IMG/VR virus record: IMGVR_UViG_3300034069_000822
Length of the DNA stretch: 64,000 nucleotides
Strand: one strand, 5' to 3'
Origin: a virus
Position 1 is the stretch's first letter, and each line of letters opens with the position of its first letter. The notes below the pieces were generated by a model. That model was not told the DNA's origin and made no database searches. It was given only the letters and a program-made list of their open reading frames with translations. This document shows, one piece after another, positions 1 to 7,524 of the stretch. The translations under genes were made by a program, and so were the position numbers.

Positions 1-10
1 ATCAGTCGGC

Positions 11-397
11 TTGGATGTAATCCCGGCCGAACCAGGAGAGGAAACGTTGGGCGTTTTGACCGTCGACAGCGACCGGGGCATCGTGGAATACATGATCACG
101 GCAGAAAGTGCCCGAGCGTTCCGCACCACAATGGACCAGTTCCTAGACTACGGAAGCGCGGTGTCCGGAGCCGGCCAACCCGGGCCACAACAGGAAGCCC
201 AAACGCTTACCGTTCCGATTTCGCCAGCATCCATCACGGTTGGCGAAGCTGAAGTGGCGGGGCAAAAGGTCGGTGTCCTTCAAATACAATCGGAGGATGG
301 CCGCGAAGCCAGCCTCTTGCTCGACGAAGGACAAGCGGAGTTCATCATCCAGGCCGCGACGCAATTGCAGGCCATTCTGAACCAGACCCGGCAATAA
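11..397 (+). CDS. Hypothetical protein, 128 aa (start may lie upstream of the window)
   Basis: ORF with TTG start, stop 8 bp before the SRAP gene. Confidence 0.55.
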   Translation: MDVIPAEPGEETLGVLTVDSDRGIVEYMITAESARAFRTTMDQFLDYGSAVSGAGQPGPQQEAQTLTVPISPASITVGEAEVAGQKVGVLQIQSEDGREASLLLDEGQAEFIIQAATQLQAILNQTRQ

Positions 398-405
398 GGT
401 TTCCC

Positions 406-1137
406 ATGTGCAACCTCTACAACCTGACCACGACGCAGCAAGCAGTACTGGAATGGACACGCGCGCTTCGAGACATCTCGGGCAACTGGATGCCGAGCAT
501 GACGGTCGGCCCGGATCGCCATGGCCCTATCGTTCGCAATGGCCTCGACGGTAAACGGGAATTGGTAAAAGTGCGCTGGGGCATGCCGTCATCCCCCTAT
601 GCAATCTTGCAGGCCACAGAGGACCGCGTGACGAAGATGCGGGCCAAGGGAAAGACCGTCAGCAAGGAAGAATTCAAGGAGTTGATGAAGGTCGAGCCCG
701 ACGCGGGCACAACCAATGTGCGCACGCTCAAGAGCGAACATTGGGCGCAGTGGTACGATCTTCAGAACCGATGCGTCGTACCGATCACCAGCTTTGCTGA
801 GTGGGATAAGGAAAACAGGCGGAACCAGTGGTTTTCTGTCACGGAGGAAAGGCCGCTAGCCTTCTTCGCCGGGCTGTGGGTTCCGCAACACACCAGCATC
901 CGCAAAAAGACCGAAGGACCGGTGACGATCGATGTGTATGGCTTTCTGACCACCGAACCGAACAACGTCGTCAAGCCTATCCACTTCAAGGCCATGCCCG
1001 TCCTTCTCACCACACAGGAAGAAACCGAGACCTGGCTAACCGCACCGTGGGATGAGGCGAAGAAGCTGCAGCGCTCTCTGCCTGACAGCATGACAGCCTT
1101 GGTTGATGCACCGAAGGACGCGATCAGCGTTCAATAG
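406..1137 (+). CDS. SOS response-associated peptidase (SRAP/YedK/HMCES) abasic-site protein
   Basis: N-terminal MCNLY (Cys2), RCVVPITSFAEW, FFAGLW, PIHFKAMPVLL motifs. Confidence 0.92.
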   Translation: MCNLYNLTTTQQAVLEWTRALRDISGNWMPSMTVGPDRHGPIVRNGLDGKRELVKVRWGMPSSPYAILQATEDRVTKMRAKGKTVSKEEFKELMKVEPDAGTTNVRTLKSEHWAQWYDLQNRCVVPITSFAEWDKENRRNQWFSVTEERPLAFFAGLWVPQHTSIRKKTEGPVTIDVYGFLTTEPNNVVKPIHFKAMPVLLTTQEETETWLTAPWDEAKKLQRSLPDSMTALVDAPKDAISVQ

Positions 1138-1158
1138 GCGCTGTTCTAGGAGGTTCGA

Positions 1159-1356
1159 ATGGACCGGATTGTTCGTCTCGATACACGGCAGGAAGCAGCG
1201 CTACAGCGCGTCGCTGACCGATTTGTGGCCAGCCACAAGGGCGACGTGATGATGGCGCTGAAGCAGATGATCGTACTCAACGGCGAACTGCAGCAGCGCA
1301 TTGAGACGTTGGGAGACGGCTCGCTGTTCGACCAGGAGCATCGCAACCACCATTGA
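1159..1356 (+). CDS. Small hypothetical protein, 65 aa
   Basis: AGGAGG ribosome-binding site upstream; helical composition. Confidence 0.7.
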   Translation: MDRIVRLDTRQEAALQRVADRFVASHKGDVMMALKQMIVLNGELQQRIETLGDGSLFDQEHRNHH

Positions 1357-1363
1357 GCGATGA

Positions 1364-1391
1364 TTGACCGCGCTGCAATCGCAGCTACACT
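1364..1391 (+). promoter_or_regulatory. Candidate sigma70 promoter TTGACC-N16-TACACT; leaderless start of the ORF at 1398
   Basis: Hexamers read directly; ATG 6 nt after the -10; no Shine-Dalgarno. Confidence 0.4.
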
Positions 1392-1397
1392 ATCTCC

Positions 1398-1640
1398 ATG
1401 TGGTTCAACCCGCCAAAGCGACAGGACCCCTACCCCGACCGGCAGATAGACTGCCAGGAGGCGCTTGAACCGGGGTTTCAAATCCTCGTTGAAGAAATGA
1501 TGGCCGTTGGCTGGAGCTGTGACGAAATCCGGCAAGCGTTCGTCGGCCTGATGTCGGCACACGATCTCGCTCAGGAATCGAATGCTGCGCTTGAAGTAGA
1601 GCTTGCCTTCATGCGCGCTCAAATGAGGTTGCCGAAATAG
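1398..1640 (+). CDS. Hypothetical protein, 80 aa
   Basis: CQEALE...GWSCDEI pattern resembles small rhizobial phage proteins; candidate promoter directly upstream. Confidence 0.65.
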   Translation: MWFNPPKRQDPYPDRQIDCQEALEPGFQILVEEMMAVGWSCDEIRQAFVGLMSAHDLAQESNAALEVELAFMRAQMRLPK

Positions 1641-1649
1641 CGGGGGATC

Positions 1650-1796
1650 ATGGCCAGCAAAGACAGTCGCGAGTATTTCGCCTGGGCCTACGGCCAGCAG
1701 GCCCGCAAGGATGGCCGCCCGCGCGAGGTGCCAGATGCGTGGAAAGACCATGCTACGGGCTGGTTGAAGGGCTACGACGGAGAGCCGGCGCCGTGA
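1650..1796 (+). CDS. 48-aa micro-ORF with a ribosome-modulation-factor-like pattern (not in the ORF track)
   Basis: Translated by hand: MASKDSREYFAWAYGQQARKDGRPREVPDAWKDHATGWLKGYDGEPAP; GGGGG purine run upstream. Confidence 0.6.
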   Translation: MASKDSREYFAWAYGQQARKDGRPREVPDAWKDHATGWLKGYDGEPAP

Positions 1797-1836
1797 TGAC
1801 ATACCGGGCTGCTGGCGCCATCAACGCTTTAGCGGC

Positions 1837-2055
1837 CTACTTCTTGCTGATCGACTGAATCTGGGGCGCGAGCGAAGCCAGCGCATCGACCGTCGGCTGG
1901 TAAGTATGGGCGTATGCGGGATAGCGTTGCTGCTGCTCCCGGTAAAAACCGACCCATTTCGCATGGTCTGAAATCGGATACGTGCCAATCCAGCCGCCGG
2001 CTTCGGAGAGCGTGAAGGTGCCGGCATCGGAATCAATTGTCGTCTTGGTTGTCAT
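1837..2055 (-). CDS. Hypothetical protein, 72 aa
   Basis: ORF with plausible composition just downstream of the late terminator. Confidence 0.6.
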   Translation of the reverse strand: MTTKTTIDSDAGTFTLSEAGGWIGTYPISDHAKWVGFYREQQQRYPAYAHTYQPTVDALASLAPQIQSISKK

Positions 2056-2093
2056 GCCGGCGGTCTAGCTCTTTTTGGGTGGCCGCCAAACGC

Positions 2094-2126
2094 AAAAAAA
2101 GCCCGCCCCGGCGAACCGGAGCGGGC
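2094..2126 (-). terminator. Rho-independent terminator ending the lysis/late operon
   Basis: Minus strand GCCCGCTCCGG-TTCG-CCGGGGCGGGC followed by T7. Confidence 0.85.
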
Positions 2127-2220
2127 CTATTGCCTGAGTGCGCTCGCCAACGGACAAGCGCGCAGCCGATTAGCTGCTGGGAATGGGCTAGGCAAGCATA
2201 CGGAACATTCGATGACTCTG

Positions 2221-2580
2221 TCAGAGATACATCACGCGATGCCCCAGGGCTTCGGAGAGAGCAAGCTCCGCTTTTGCGCCTTTGCTACGTTCCCATCCCG
2301 GAAGCAGAGCGATCGTATCGGCCTGACGACATATCCACGCCGTATCGTCAGCCAATGCCTCCCTTAGTGAAAAGCCATGTTCGCGAGCGGCGGCTTCCTC
2401 ACACCCGGTTAGGTTGCCCTTGGAAATATCCTTACCATGGCGCTCGTTGTCGCGTTCGGCGGGATTGAAAACCTCGTGCCCTTGTCCCCGCAGAATGGCC
2501 GTCGCCGCATTGAAGGCCGGAAAGTTGAATTCCGGTATCCCCCGCATCGGGCCGGCTACATAGATACGCATCCTGTTCAT
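2221..2580 (-). CDS. DUF4406 family, nucleoside 2-deoxyribosyltransferase-like protein
   Basis: IYVAGPMRG..FNFPAF, VFNPAE, LLPGWERSKGAKAE motifs. Confidence 0.85.
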   Translation of the reverse strand: MNRMRIYVAGPMRGIPEFNFPAFNAATAILRGQGHEVFNPAERDNERHGKDISKGNLTGCEEAAAREHGFSLREALADDTAWICRQADTIALLPGWERSKGAKAELALSEALGHRVMYL

Positions 2581-2885
2581 GGCCGATCATCCTCGCCAAT
2601 CTGACGTGTTTCGTACGCAATGAGAAATGAGATGCAGCACGCGGCGTGCCAGAGATGGGAGCATCCGGTTTCCGGGTCGGCTCTCTCTTTGCGCCACCAT
2701 GCCCACAAATGCCGCATGAGCGCTCCGAACACTCGGCCCCACTTCATGCCTTTTTCCCAGTTTCGATCCTCATATTTTTGAGCACCGAAGGTCAGGATTG
2801 TTGCGGTTGCTTCGAGCAATTCCGGCGGCAGCAGCTCCATCCGGATTTTGCCGGAATCGTCCTTGCGACCTTCTTGTGGGTTCAT
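2577..2885 (-). CDS. dATP/dGTP diphosphohydrolase domain protein (DUF5664-like), 102 aa
   Basis: GRKDDSGKIRMELLP, FGAQKY..RNW.KG, DPETGCSHLWHAACC; true start MNPQ at 2885 with ATGA overlap. Confidence 0.85.
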   Translation of the reverse strand: MNPQEGRKDDSGKIRMELLPPELLEATATILTFGAQKYEDRNWEKGMKWGRVFGALMRHLWAWWRKERADPETGCSHLWHAACCISFLIAYETRQIGEDDRP

Positions 2886-3907
2886 CGACGCAACCACGCC
2901 AGATAGTCCGCGCCCTGCTCCACATCGGCGAAGCATTGGACCTTCCCTGTCTGCGGAAACACGACTGACAACACCGCCGCGCCGCGATTGGACTGGGCAT
3001 AGCCATTCACGAGGGCATGGCGATCGCCCATCTTGTAGCCCGATATCTGAGCCAGCCACGCGTTCGACTTCTTTTCAGGAAACTCGATATCGAATAGCCC
3101 GAACGAATGGATATGGCCGGTAACGAAAAGTGCCGCGTCCTGGCCGAACTTGGCATCTCTCAGCGTGCCATGGGTCGGATTGTAGATCGATGAGCCCTTA
3201 CGGCCGTGGGCGGCATCGACACGCGTTTCCGACCCGTTCTTGTGGCAAAGTGTGAACTGTGCCCGCCAATCGATCACGGGGATCTGCGAAGCGCCGAGAA
3301 GCTTGTAGAACTCGGTGCCACCGTTCCATTCGTCGTGATTACCGCCGAGCCAGAGAAGCCATTTGATCCCGGCTTCCATCATGAACCAAGTCGCTAGACG
3401 CCGCTCGGTCTTGGATGAAATGTCGGCCTCGGCCCATAGCCGCGCCAACCTCCCGGTCCATGGCCAATTGTCTGAGGTGTCACCTATGTTCCCGCCATAG
3501 ACGCCGGGATGTCTGGCGATGGCGATATGGCTTTCTAGCGTCTTCCAGTCACAATGGACGCCGAGATGAGGATCGCCGAACCAGAGAATTCCGTAGGGCT
3601 TCTCATCCTTGATCTTGATCGGGAACCAAGATCGAGCCTCGATTGCCTTCTGCTTGCGGTCGTGGGCTTTGCGAAATCGATCGAGGATGTCGTCAATCGG
3701 TTCTTCTTCATCGCCGTGGACGAAAGCGGGGAACTCCACCGCTTCATCCTTTTCGACGTGGATGCTACGGCGTTCCGCAGCCGCAAACTGACTTTTTAAT
3801 GTTGATGCTGGTAGCCCTAAAGCCTTTGCAGCGGCCGCCTTTGATCCGTGTTCCTGTACTGCACAGAGCACGGCTCGCAGTTGTGCCTCATCGGTTGATA
3901 CGACCAT
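2882..3907 (-). CDS. Calcineurin-like metallophosphoesterase with N-terminal Fis-like HTH
   Basis: GDPHLG, GDTSDN, GGNHD, AAHG, GHIH motifs; GSKAAAAKALGLPASTL HTH. Confidence 0.85.
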   Translation of the reverse strand: MVVSTDEAQLRAVLCAVQEHGSKAAAAKALGLPASTLKSQFAAAERRSIHVEKDEAVEFPAFVHGDEEEPIDDILDRFRKAHDRKQKAIEARSWFPIKIKDEKPYGILWFGDPHLGVHCDWKTLESHIAIARHPGVYGGNIGDTSDNWPWTGRLARLWAEADISSKTERRLATWFMMEAGIKWLLWLGGNHDEWNGGTEFYKLLGASQIPVIDWRAQFTLCHKNGSETRVDAAHGRKGSSIYNPTHGTLRDAKFGQDAALFVTGHIHSFGLFDIEFPEKKSNAWLAQISGYKMGDRHALVNGYAQSNRGAAVLSVVFPQTGKVQCFADVEQGADYLAWLRR

Positions 3908-3922
3908 ATGTGAGCCTCTGAA

Positions 3923-4354
3923 TTATTGGAAAGCTGGGGTTTCGGGCCGTTTTTCAACGTTCCTCGAAACAGGAGGCGGTCCGTCAAAGGACACGCCTTC
4001 GTCATTGCGGCCGCGCTTTATGTGCGCTGAAACCCCATCGCCGTTACCGGCGTCGAGGGCATCTTGAAGTTGGTTGGCCGCAGCGGTCGAATAGGGAAGG
4101 ACGTAGAAGGTCGGAACATCGCCAGCATCGAGCAGGACATAGATGGCCTTGTCGACCACAATCTTTGCCCCGACGACGGCATAATCACCTTGTGGTGGGG
4201 TTGTGAAGCGAGGCGAACCCGTTGGAACCCACAACGCAGCAGCGGCGACAAGACAAGAGATCGGTAGCGTGAGTAGGACCAGACGGCGATTAATGAACCA
4301 TCCCATTGCGCATAGGATGAATGCTAGGCAAAGCCATGTTGTTGCGATGATCAT
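3923..4354 (-). CDS. Membrane protein (2 N-terminal TM helices plus soluble domain), third gene of the MotA/B-like cassette
   Basis: Two hydrophobic segments; ATGA overlap with the upstream gene. Confidence 0.75.
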   Translation of the reverse strand: MIIATTWLCLAFILCAMGWFINRRLVLLTLPISCLVAAAALWVPTGSPRFTTPPQGDYAVVGAKIVVDKAIYVLLDAGDVPTFYVLPYSTAAANQLQDALDAGNGDGVSAHIKRGRNDEGVSFDGPPPVSRNVEKRPETPAFQ

Positions 4355-4896
4355 TTGCCAACCTCGCGCAGAGGTTTGAACACCCTGTTCTCGCTGCCCT
4401 CGATCAGGCGCCCCTCGCCGTCGAGCCGGAACCGAATGACGGTCCTCTCCTGCTTGGGCTGGAGATCAATATTGGTTTTCACCAAAAGCCGGCCGTTGAG
4501 AGAGGCCTCGACATAGACCGGAACCGGACCTGTCGGCAGGGAATACCCATGGACGTTGACGACATACTCGCCGGCCGGTGTCGCGCGGGCGAAGGCGTTT
4601 TCCATGTTGATGGGAGACACGTCACCGGTGGTTCCCATATCGTCACGCAGAAGGCTCCAAAGCTTCCCCTGCTTGTTGCTATAGCCGACGGCGACAGGTT
4701 CGCCCGGACCAGTTACCCAAAGATCGACATCAATTGGTCCAACGGGCCACGAGATCATGACCGCGATGTTGCCGGGTGGCTTTGTTTCTTCGTTCGATTT
4801 GGCGGCTGGATTGATCTGCGCCAGCACGAGCACGACCAGCGCAGTGAGCCCAAGAAGCATATTCATGAGCAGGTCGCGCGTGAGGATCGGTATCAT
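4351..4896 (-). CDS. MotB/ExbD-like single-TM protein with a YfaP/DUF2135-like periplasmic domain, 181 aa
   Basis: TRDLLMNMLLGLTALVVLVLA (Asp at the start of the TM); ISWP..IDVDLWV, GEYVVNVHGY; true start MIPIL at 4896. Confidence 0.65.
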   Translation of the reverse strand: MIPILTRDLLMNMLLGLTALVVLVLAQINPAAKSNEETKPPGNIAVMISWPVGPIDVDLWVTGPGEPVAVGYSNKQGKLWSLLRDDMGTTGDVSPINMENAFARATPAGEYVVNVHGYSLPTGPVPVYVEASLNGRLLVKTNIDLQPKQERTVIRFRLDGEGRLIEGSENRVFKPLREVGK

Positions 4897-5291
4897 TTCG
4901 AAACGATCCAGGCGTTGACGTTCAGCCAAAGGGCACAGACCGCGCCGACGAGGGTCGAACAAAACGCGACACCCATGCCGGCCAAAAGAGACGCAGCGAC
5001 CTTCTGCACACCCTCGGCAGTTCCAAGAGAGTTCATATCGATGTGATGCAGGGCAAGCACGAAACCCACGACGTTGCCGATGAGGCCCAGCGTCACGAGC
5101 CACACTTCATAGCGATCGAGATGATTGGTTCGTCCTGCAAAGACGCCGACCATCACAGCAAGGAAGATGGCGGTGATGAGATAGCTGAGACGGGAAATAT
5201 CATGGCTGTAAACGAAACCGAGATATCCCATCCACCACGTCCATGCGAGAAAACACAGGGCCGCGAAGTTTAGAACAGCGAGCCTGATCAT
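4893..5291 (-). CDS. MotA/TolQ/ExbB proton-channel family protein (minimal, 4 TM)
   Basis: LGLIGNVVGFVLAL ... LLAGMGVAFCSTLVGAVCALWL matches the LGLLGTV..G...AL.TT..G family signature. Confidence 0.75.
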   Translation of the reverse strand: MIRLAVLNFAALCFLAWTWWMGYLGFVYSHDISRLSYLITAIFLAVMVGVFAGRTNHLDRYEVWLVTLGLIGNVVGFVLALHHIDMNSLGTAEGVQKVAASLLAGMGVAFCSTLVGAVCALWLNVNAWIVSK

Positions 5292-5638
5292 GGCGTTTCC
5301 GTCCCCGGAACGACTTCCTTGGGCGGGATGACATCAAGCCAATCCTGACCTGTCGCCACGACGCAGGCCTGCCCTTTCTGGTCGAGGATCGCGACGGTCC
5401 AGGTAGCTCCGGCTGGCGACGCGAATACAATCAGTGCAGCACTTCCCTGCCCCGTGATGCCGGAACCGGCGGGAACTTCGTGATATTTGTCAGCGAGACC
5501 CTTGGCGAGTTTCTGGAACTCGAGACAGGCCATCGACTGAGCATGTGCCTGCGAAAGGCTTAACGCGATGAGCGCAGCAACGATGCCGGCCAGCCACAAC
5601 AATGTGAACCAGATGCGAAAACGAAATGCGGTACCCAT
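5288..5638 (-). CDS. Secreted/periplasmic hypothetical protein, 116 aa, two Cys
   Basis: Signal peptide ending AHA-Q; C...KY.E.P...VFAS..G.TWTV...ACVVATG. Confidence 0.75.
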   Translation of the reverse strand: MGTAFRFRIWFTLLWLAGIVAALIALSLSQAHAQSMACLEFQKLAKGLADKYHEVPAGSGITGQGSAALIVFASPAGATWTVAILDQKGQACVVATGQDWLDVIPPKEVVPGTETP

Positions 5639-5703
5639 GGCCAGAGTCCTTTCCGGCGTGCGAGGGAACGAAATTTCGATGCGAATGAGAGAGGCGAAGC
5701 GCC

Positions 5704-5988
5704 CTATGGTGGATTGCGGCCGCGTCGGCCGCCTTGGTCGTAGAGCCGGTCCAGGCGCTCGTGGAGACCATCCATCCGGCCGGCGACGCCTTCAATGGCG
5801 CGCATGATCGCGGTGGTCTGTTCCTGCATGCCGGCCTTCGTCGAATACGTCTCGGCAACGTGCGTTTTGTATTCCGAGAGTTCCTTGTCGACCTTGGCGA
5901 TCGCCTGAGAAAATCGCCAATAGGCCGCGCCAACAGCGCCAACGACCGTCGCGATGAACAGGATGGCGCGCATGAGTTCTTCGCTCAT
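5704..5988 (-). CDS. Small membrane protein (TM plus coiled coil) in the lysis module
   Basis: One TM helix then heptads; ATGA overlap with the o-spanin. Confidence 0.7.
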   Translation of the reverse strand: MSEELMRAILFIATVVGAVGAAYWRFSQAIAKVDKELSEYKTHVAETYSTKAGMQEQTTAIMRAIEGVAGRMDGLHERLDRLYDQGGRRGRNPP

Positions 5989-6254
5989 TTGGCGGCTCCC
6001 GTACCGGCATTCCAGCGCCGAACCCCGTCGACCTGCGCTGCACAGACCCTCAGCGATGCCTCATTGGCCGTTGCTGTGCCCACGATGTCCTTCACCGTTG
6101 ACCATTTGCGGCGATCAGCCTTCGGGCATGGGACCGTGAACGCCTCTGGTACCCGCAACTGCTCGACCTTCGGCGCAACCACGGTCTCAGTGCTGATACA
6201 ACTTGCCAAGGTCACTGGGCACAGGACGATTGAGAAAATCGCGCACCACTTCAT
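5985..6254 (-). CDS. o-spanin (Rz1-like lipoprotein), 89 aa
   Basis: Lipobox LASC; Pro/Cys pattern VPEAFTVPCP; overlaps the i-spanin 3' end. Confidence 0.8.
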   Translation of the reverse strand: MKWCAIFSIVLCPVTLASCISTETVVAPKVEQLRVPEAFTVPCPKADRRKWSTVKDIVGTATANEASLRVCAAQVDGVRRWNAGTGAAK

Positions 6255-6555
6255 TTGACTTTTCCAGTTCGGAGAGTTTTTGGGATTGATCTTCGACCGA
6301 CGCACCGATGTTGCGCATTTCTTGGACCAGCGAGGAGACAAGGCGGCTATCTAGCCGCGCCTGTTCCTGCAGAGCGTCGATAGTGCTGTTTGCGGCCTTG
6401 TTGGCATCGACGGCCACGGACAGCTGTTTCTGCGCGTCCCTGGCCTCGGCGGAGGCGCTTATGGCCTGCCCGCGATACCAGAGCGCCGTCGCGATAAGTC
6501 CGGCGAGCAAGACAGCGATTACCAGCGCTGCATAGAGCTTGGCTTGGGTGAACAT
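6187..6555 (-). CDS. i-spanin (Rz-like), 122 aa
   Basis: N-terminal TM, long coiled coil, C-terminal FLNRPVPSDL; follows the endolysin. Confidence 0.8.
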   Translation of the reverse strand: MFTQAKLYAALVIAVLLAGLIATALWYRGQAISASAEARDAQKQLSVAVDANKAANSTIDALQEQARLDSRLVSSLVQEMRNIGASVEDQSQKLSELEKSNEVVRDFLNRPVPSDLGKLYQH

Positions 6556-7067
6556 CACAGCCCCGCCAGGCACAGTTCGAGTTCGCCAAGGCGACTTGCG
6601 TCGCCAAACTGCCGACGGTTCTTCAACCCCTGTATCTCTTTGCCATTCGCTTTATCGAACCAGGTCATCGCGTAGCAGGAGCCGGTGTAATCACCGACAC
6701 GGGCGCGCTTCGCCGCGGTCGAATTGCAAACTGCCCCGACGCCCACGTTGTAGGAAAGGTCGAGCGTAGCGGCCTGCCAACTCAGTGGTTTGCCGTCGAA
6801 CCCTTTGATGCAGCGGGTGAGCGGCTGGTGAAAATCGACCTCGAGGCGGCGATACAGCATGGCGCTGCACTGCTGGTCGGACATCACCATGTCGGGCTTC
6901 ACGCCCTTGGTTTCGCCCGTGCAGATCGTCCACACCTTACCCAGCCTATCCCAATAGGCGCGGTTTACCGTCCCCTCCCAAGGCTGCGTCAAATAGGTCG
7001 CAGTCATCGCGACAAGGCCAAGACCGGAGGCGAGCGCCGCTTTTGCGCGCTTACTCATTGTCGTCAT
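6555..7067 (-). CDS. SAR endolysin, GH24 (T4/P21-like) lysozyme
   Basis: Ala/Gly-rich SAR helix; E-x8-D-x5-T triad (WEGTVNRAYWDRLGKVWTIC); GLKNRR. Confidence 0.9.
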   Translation of the reverse strand: MTTMSKRAKAALASGLGLVAMTATYLTQPWEGTVNRAYWDRLGKVWTICTGETKGVKPDMVMSDQQCSAMLYRRLEVDFHQPLTRCIKGFDGKPLSWQAATLDLSYNVGVGAVCNSTAAKRARVGDYTGSCYAMTWFDKANGKEIQGLKNRRQFGDASRLGELELCLAGL

Positions 7068-7281
7068 CCTTCAGGTTGGATTGGTCGATGATGCGGACCA
7101 CCGGAACGGCAACAGCTAGAACGCCGTTGAGTGCAGCGAGCCACATCGGGGCGACTGGCAATGATCCGGTGATGATGGAGACGGTCACGGCAGCGCCGTT
7201 GAGTATAGCGGCCAAAAGCGCCAGACGGACGGTCCATGCATAGCGCAGGACCGCTCGCCAGTTCGTAACGAGACGAGGCAC
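7051..7281 (-). CDS. Putative holin/pinholin, 2 TM
   Basis: NWRAVLRYAWTVRL start, two TM helices, position upstream of the SAR endolysin. Confidence 0.7.
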   Translation of the reverse strand: MPRLVTNWRAVLRYAWTVRLALLAAILNGAAVTVSIITGSLPVAPMWLAALNGVLAVAVPVVRIIDQSNLKDDDNE

Positions 7282-7319
7282 GGTCTTTCCTTTCCGGCGT
7301 TATTCGATTAGTTTCCCGG

Positions 7320-7506
7320 CATCTCACCGAAATGAGGTGGGATGGGGCGTGAGAACCCCTCCAAGCGACGCTCTCCGGCACAGGCTGGGGAGCGTTTCAT
7401 ACCCTCCCGATTACCGTTCGGGTCGGGGAGGCATACGCGTATGTCCAGGGCGAAAGTCTAAAGGCGTATGCGGTCGTCGCTTGGCGGCTTCTCAACTCCC
7501 CGATCC
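7320..7506 (+). ncRNA. Candidate structured RNA (multibranch junction)
   Basis: Long-range pairs 7361-7370/7475-7484 (10 bp), 7350-55/7489-94 and 7340-47/7498-7506 enclose three hairpins; GAAA loop. Confidence 0.5.
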
Positions 7507-7524
7507 AGATTTGGGGAGATGGGT

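Noticed and set aside
1143-1156. GTTC-TAGGAG-GTTC as a LexA box
   Set aside because: The spacer is 6 nt, not 7, and is simply the ribosome-binding site
2577-2885. 2-aminoadenine (Z) genome pathway
   Set aside because: No purZ or dedicated DNA polymerase is recognisable in the window
3923-5291. Calling the MotA/B-like cassette a Zorya system
   Set aside because: No long ZorA cytoplasmic tail, no OmpA-like domain in the B subunit and no zorC/D/E; reported as a distinct cassette instead
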